DNA of 64,000 nucleotides from Tubulanus polymorphus (taxonomy: Eukaryota; Animalia; Nemertea), in contig NC_134030.1 of the NCBI RefSeq assembly GCF_964204645.1, positions 789,355-853,354 on the forward strand, in the 5' to 3' direction. The notes under the pieces are model-generated. The model had not been told where the DNA came from. It was given only the letters and a program-made list of their open reading frames with translations, and did no database searches. The stretch's first letter is position 1; every line of letters begins with the position of its first letter. The position numbers were made by a program, and so were the translations under genes. Below are positions 59,664 to 64,000 of this stretch, piece after piece.

Positions 59664-62600
59664 ATGAGGTTAACTGTAAGGATATATCAGAGCGCTGCTC
59701 AAACTGTGAAACTGTTGGATTATTATTCACAGTTTCATCCGTCGTCGCTTTCTATGAAACAGTTTATTGATTTCGGTGAGTTCGAATCCTGATTTTCTAA
59801 ATTTCTCTGTTTTCAATCTTTTCTGGCTCGATAGAGTCCATTCTATATCATCATATTTACTATTTGTACGCGAGTGGTTCTCTTAAATGTAATCAGGTCA
59901 ATTTAATTAATTCTAACTGGGTCAAGATCCCAGCATCCTCTTGTATTTTGTATCTTGGAAATTTACCAACAAATTGGATGCGGATAGCTTTAGTGTGTCA
60001 AGGTCATTCAGGGGTGTGTACGTAAACGCGGCTCAGTGATTGGCCGGTCTGGTATTTGCGCGGCTCTGTGATTGGTTGGTAAGGTGGAGGTGTAAACAGC
60101 TGTAAACATGTGTGACATTGAAAATATAAATATTTTCTAAGAATTCCGCAATTCTCATCACATGCCCTGCTATTTATTTAGTGATTTCGCAATTGACCTA
60201 AGTTTCAACCTGAAAAAATCTTTAAGGTGACTTTCAGTTGTTAAAAACATCCCCCTTGCCAAACAATATTTGGTGATTACTAAAAACCAACCTTAATGTA
60301 TAATGTTTTTTTTTTTCAATTTATTGGTTAAGAACCTTGCAGTGTTTGAGGTAGGCCTACCAAACGAACAACATTTTTCTCAATAGGCCTACTTTCAAAT
60401 CACCTTGACTTTAAACTACTAGAAATCAGGTTTAATATTGAACCCACACCACTGTAGAATTGGATCCAGAGTTAAATTTAACCCACACAACTGTGGAACT
60501 GGGTCCAGAGTCAAGTTATACCCAGCAGCTGAAGAATTATGGGTTCAGAGATTTAATTAAACACACACAACTGTGGAACCAGGTTTAGAGTCAACTGTGA
60601 AACTAGGTTCAGAGTCAAATTAAAACCACACACCTGTGAGACTGGGTCCAGAGTCAACTGTGAAACTAGGTTCAGAGTCAAATTAAAACCACACACCTGT
60701 GAGACTGGGTCCAGAGTCAACTGTGAAACTAGGTTCAGAGTCAAATTAAAACCACACACCTGTGAGACTGGGTCCAGAGTCAACTGTGGAACTGGATCAA
60801 ATCAAACCTGAACAAACAAACATATTAATTCTGGTTTGAATCAGTTGTAAAATGTGTGTCAGACATATTGAGCTGAAATTGAGGTCACCTATTTTTAATG
60901 ATTGCAATATAGGCAATTTACTATTGCTGGATGTTGCTTGAACGCCCCAAACCGACACCCCCTACCCACATTGACCTCGTGTGAATAAACTTTACCACAG
61001 GGCCGGATAAGATCAACTCAGAGATCTTATGTTATCCAAACCTTTGAAATGACACATTTTGTTCTAAAAGATCCTACTCTATCATCATCCATTCATTCAC
61101 TCTCGATATTTTCGATATTTTGTAACCTGAGAGAACAGATAATGAGATTATTGATCTATCGTCGATATTCAATTATTGATCTGAGATTGATAAATCGATT
61201 TCCACATTCGTGATGATGTTGGCTTTGAGGAAGAACCATAGTGCCCCTACCACTCACTGATTCCTTACAAACTTCTATACGAAAATTACTTTCGATGATG
61301 TTTGAAACTCCTTATTGTTTGAGCAAAATGTCAGAAACTACTTTAAAGCTATTTCGATTTAGCAATAAGCAATTTAGATACTTTAGTTGTTCATAGGCTA
61401 GGCCTAAATCAGTACAGTTGTAACCAGGATCTTTTTATTATCCAATTAGGTGGTTACCTAATTAGAAACATAGTTAAGTAGTGTGTAGGATAAAAATTAA
61501 TTCTCACAATTCTCACCGAATTGCAAATTAGTCTGCAGAGACAGACAATACTGCAGTTCAGTAGACCTGTTAATACAGACACCTTGAAATATGATATTTC
61601 TCCTATAAAACTCCTCGAATATCCTGGGGCTGGTTGTATAGTCAGAGCTTAGGCTTAAGACCAGTCTAAGACCAACTTAGTTCTATAGCCAATCGAACAA
61701 TTTACGACCTGACTTAAGAGTTAAGGCCACTTTTGGTATTTGAATATCTGGGAATGACTTATCTGAGGGTCTCTGAACTAACAACAAGACCTGTACAATA
61801 CATGTACATATGTACGTACATGTACATGAGATGACAAGCCTAATGGCAAATAAGGATTCCACGACAAGTGCAGATCCACCATGAGTTGGAAAGAACAGTG
61901 ATATCTATTATAAATGATTTCTGAATTTGCAGGCTCTAAATACGCATGCGAGAAAACATCGTTTCTGTTTTTACGTAAAGAAGTTCCGGTTCGTTTGGCG
62001 AATATCATGAAAGAAATCAACCTGCTTCCCGAACAGCTGATCAATATGCCGTCAGTTGAAATGGTTGAAAGCTGGTGAGTCATTAATGTTTGATAAAAAT
62101 ATTGTTTGAATAAGTTTATTTGTCATTTCGCGCAGTTTTACTATTATATTATTCAAAACTTTTAGATAATAACATTTGAATGATTTTAACGTTTTTAAAA
62201 GAGCTATTTTCAGGCTCCTGGGAGTGGTCTATGAAAAGGGAATGGGTCAATTGAAGGCCATTCATGGAGTGGGCTCTAAATCCTTAAATCATGATTCTTG
62301 AATGTCATCAGTCATTAGTTATCAGTCATTAGTTATCATCGGCAGATCAAAGATACAAGTTCACTTTCACAGTTCTTAAAATCTACTGACTATAACATGG
62401 TTCCTAAAGCCCCTCAAATCCCTCAAAAAACCCCTCAAATTCCAAAATCCATTTTTGAGGGTACAAAATCCCTCAAATTCTGAGTTTTAGCCCTTGGCCC
62501 CTCAAAATCCCCTAAAATTCTGACAATTGTATCTCTCAGAGAATTTTGTATCACCTATTTCTGAAGTACCTTTCTTTAAACATTCTTTCAATGTAGGCCC

Positions 62601-63959
62601 CTACATCATGAATTGTGATGTGAGACAGATTGAATTATGCATTGTGTTGTTTGTTGATAATCACATTTTTTACCAGGCATCCTTATAATAAGGATGCCTG
62701 GTAAATGTAGATTCAGGATTACTGGCTTAAACATGACGATTAAAGTCCTTGAATCGAGAGTCAAAAAAGCCCTTGAAAGTTAAATGAGATTGTTCATGGA
62801 CACTATGAACCCTGAGTAGTAACTTTCGCCCAGGCCAGGCCTGTAGGCAGAGTGGGTTACTGTTTGGCTGATAGTGCCCTTTTACTGAAATATACTGATA
62901 ATATTCATTTAAACCCCTTTACTTCTTTACCTTGAAACCACGAAAGGGCACTTTCACATAGACACAGGGCACCCTTTCCATAAAAATAGCACTTTCATTG
63001 ACGTTAAAGGGCAGTTTCCATGATGGAACCAGAAAGCGCCCTTTTATATCAAAAAACCCCCACTCTCTAAATCCTGCCTACAAGCCTGCAAGTTGAATAC
63101 CGGTCTAACTTATCCCTGGGTTTGCATTAGATTTTTTTAGGTCCGATGGAACTATTTCAAATTATTTCAATTATATCTGAATCGATTCCAATAAATGAAA
63201 TGATTTAAATGAAAACTAGTTTATAGAAATGCTTTGTGTTTTTAACACACAGCTGATACATTGTTTATTTAACATTTGGGTTAAGAAATGAACTCAAAAT
63301 GCGTCACCTTAGCGCAATATCATCTAATCAAAATACTAGACATTTTTATAACGTGGACTGATGCCAGAAATTTCTAATCGCTGTGAAAAATATATCTGAG
63401 CCGTTTGAAGAGTTAGCTCTCAATACTGCTGGTTAACTCAATATAACTCATTTAAATTAGGAGAATAATTGAGAGTTCCTAGAATTCATCTCACTCCATC
63501 CTAAATGTTCCACACCATCCCTCTTCAAATGATAGAAGCTCCTTCAGACCAAACCCCAAACCTTGTGTTATACTTTCACTGATAGATCCTGCATCATCAG
63601 AAAACTTTCCTCTCCTCCTAGAATCCCACCCCATCGGAACTCAGGAAAGACTAGGATCTCACCCCAAATGCTCCACCTCAAGCCCTCCTTGATTGCCTCC
63701 CCAGGCCTTCCATTTTAATTTTATTGTCACTGGTAGCTCCTAATGTAGATCCTACGTACATAATGAGATCCTTATCAGAAAACTCCCCCTCCCCTCCTGT
63801 ACCCCCCTTCCCTCCTGAACCCCCCTCCTGGACCCATCGTTAAACGCAGTATCCTCTGTTTATTAAATGTCTCTATTTTTATTTCAGGTATCGTCAAAGT
63901 TTCGAAGAAGTTTTGAATTTCGAGGACGCGAATCCTGACGATCCGAACACATTATCAGA
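59664..63959 (+). CDS. PDK: Pyruvate dehydrogenase kinase, mitochondrial; first three exons (gene continues beyond the window)
   Basis: Exons 59664-59775 ([23 protein letters not shown]), 61933-62074 ([38 protein letters not shown]) and 63888-63959 ([11 protein letters not shown]); phases are consistent and sites are GT-AG. Confidence 0.96.
60420..60800. repeat. 63-bp minisatellite (3 exact copies plus diverged flanking units) in PDK intron 1
   Basis: AGAGTCAACTGTGAAACTAGGTTCAGAGTCAAATTAAAACCACACACCTGTGAGACTGGGTCC repeated. Confidence 0.9.
62836..63088. mobile_element. hAT-like MITE in PDK intron 2
   Basis: CAGGCCTGTAGGCAG pairs with CTGCCTACAAGCCTG; internal GTGCCC/GGGCAC subterminal motifs; no clear TSD. 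Confidence 0.6.
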
Positions 63960-64000
63960 GTGAGTTCCCCCTCTCCCTCCCCCTCTCCCCATCTCTCCTT

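Overview
AT-rich eukaryotic (animal, probably invertebrate; inference) genomic DNA with GT-AG introns. It is not prokaryotic, so most entries in the ORF track are exon fragments or repeat artefacts. The window has two compartments. (1) About 1-41.5 kb is a repeat and pseudogene-rich zone with no intact gene that I can recognise. It holds a frameshifted DNAJA-type fragment, an intron-containing TXNL1 pseudogene with several independent lesions, inverted non-LTR retrotransposon fragments, many MITEs and minisatellites, a hierarchical ~2.8-kb triplication, decayed tandem-exon genes, and an inverted-repeat-bounded cassette carrying a solo Penelope-type GIY-YIG endonuclease. (2) About 41.6-64 kb is a compact cluster of five housekeeping genes: NKAPD1/C11orf57-like (+, greatly expanded), ATP5PF (-), SMARCE1 (-), VPS26C/DSCR3 (+) and the first three exons of PDK (+). 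The best candidate for something undescribed is the 18.27-19.46 kb cassette (outer inverted repeats, promoter motifs, solo GIY-YIG, telomere-like repeats and a possible degenerate hammerhead motif). Gene calls rest on hand translation and recalled motifs; no database search was run.
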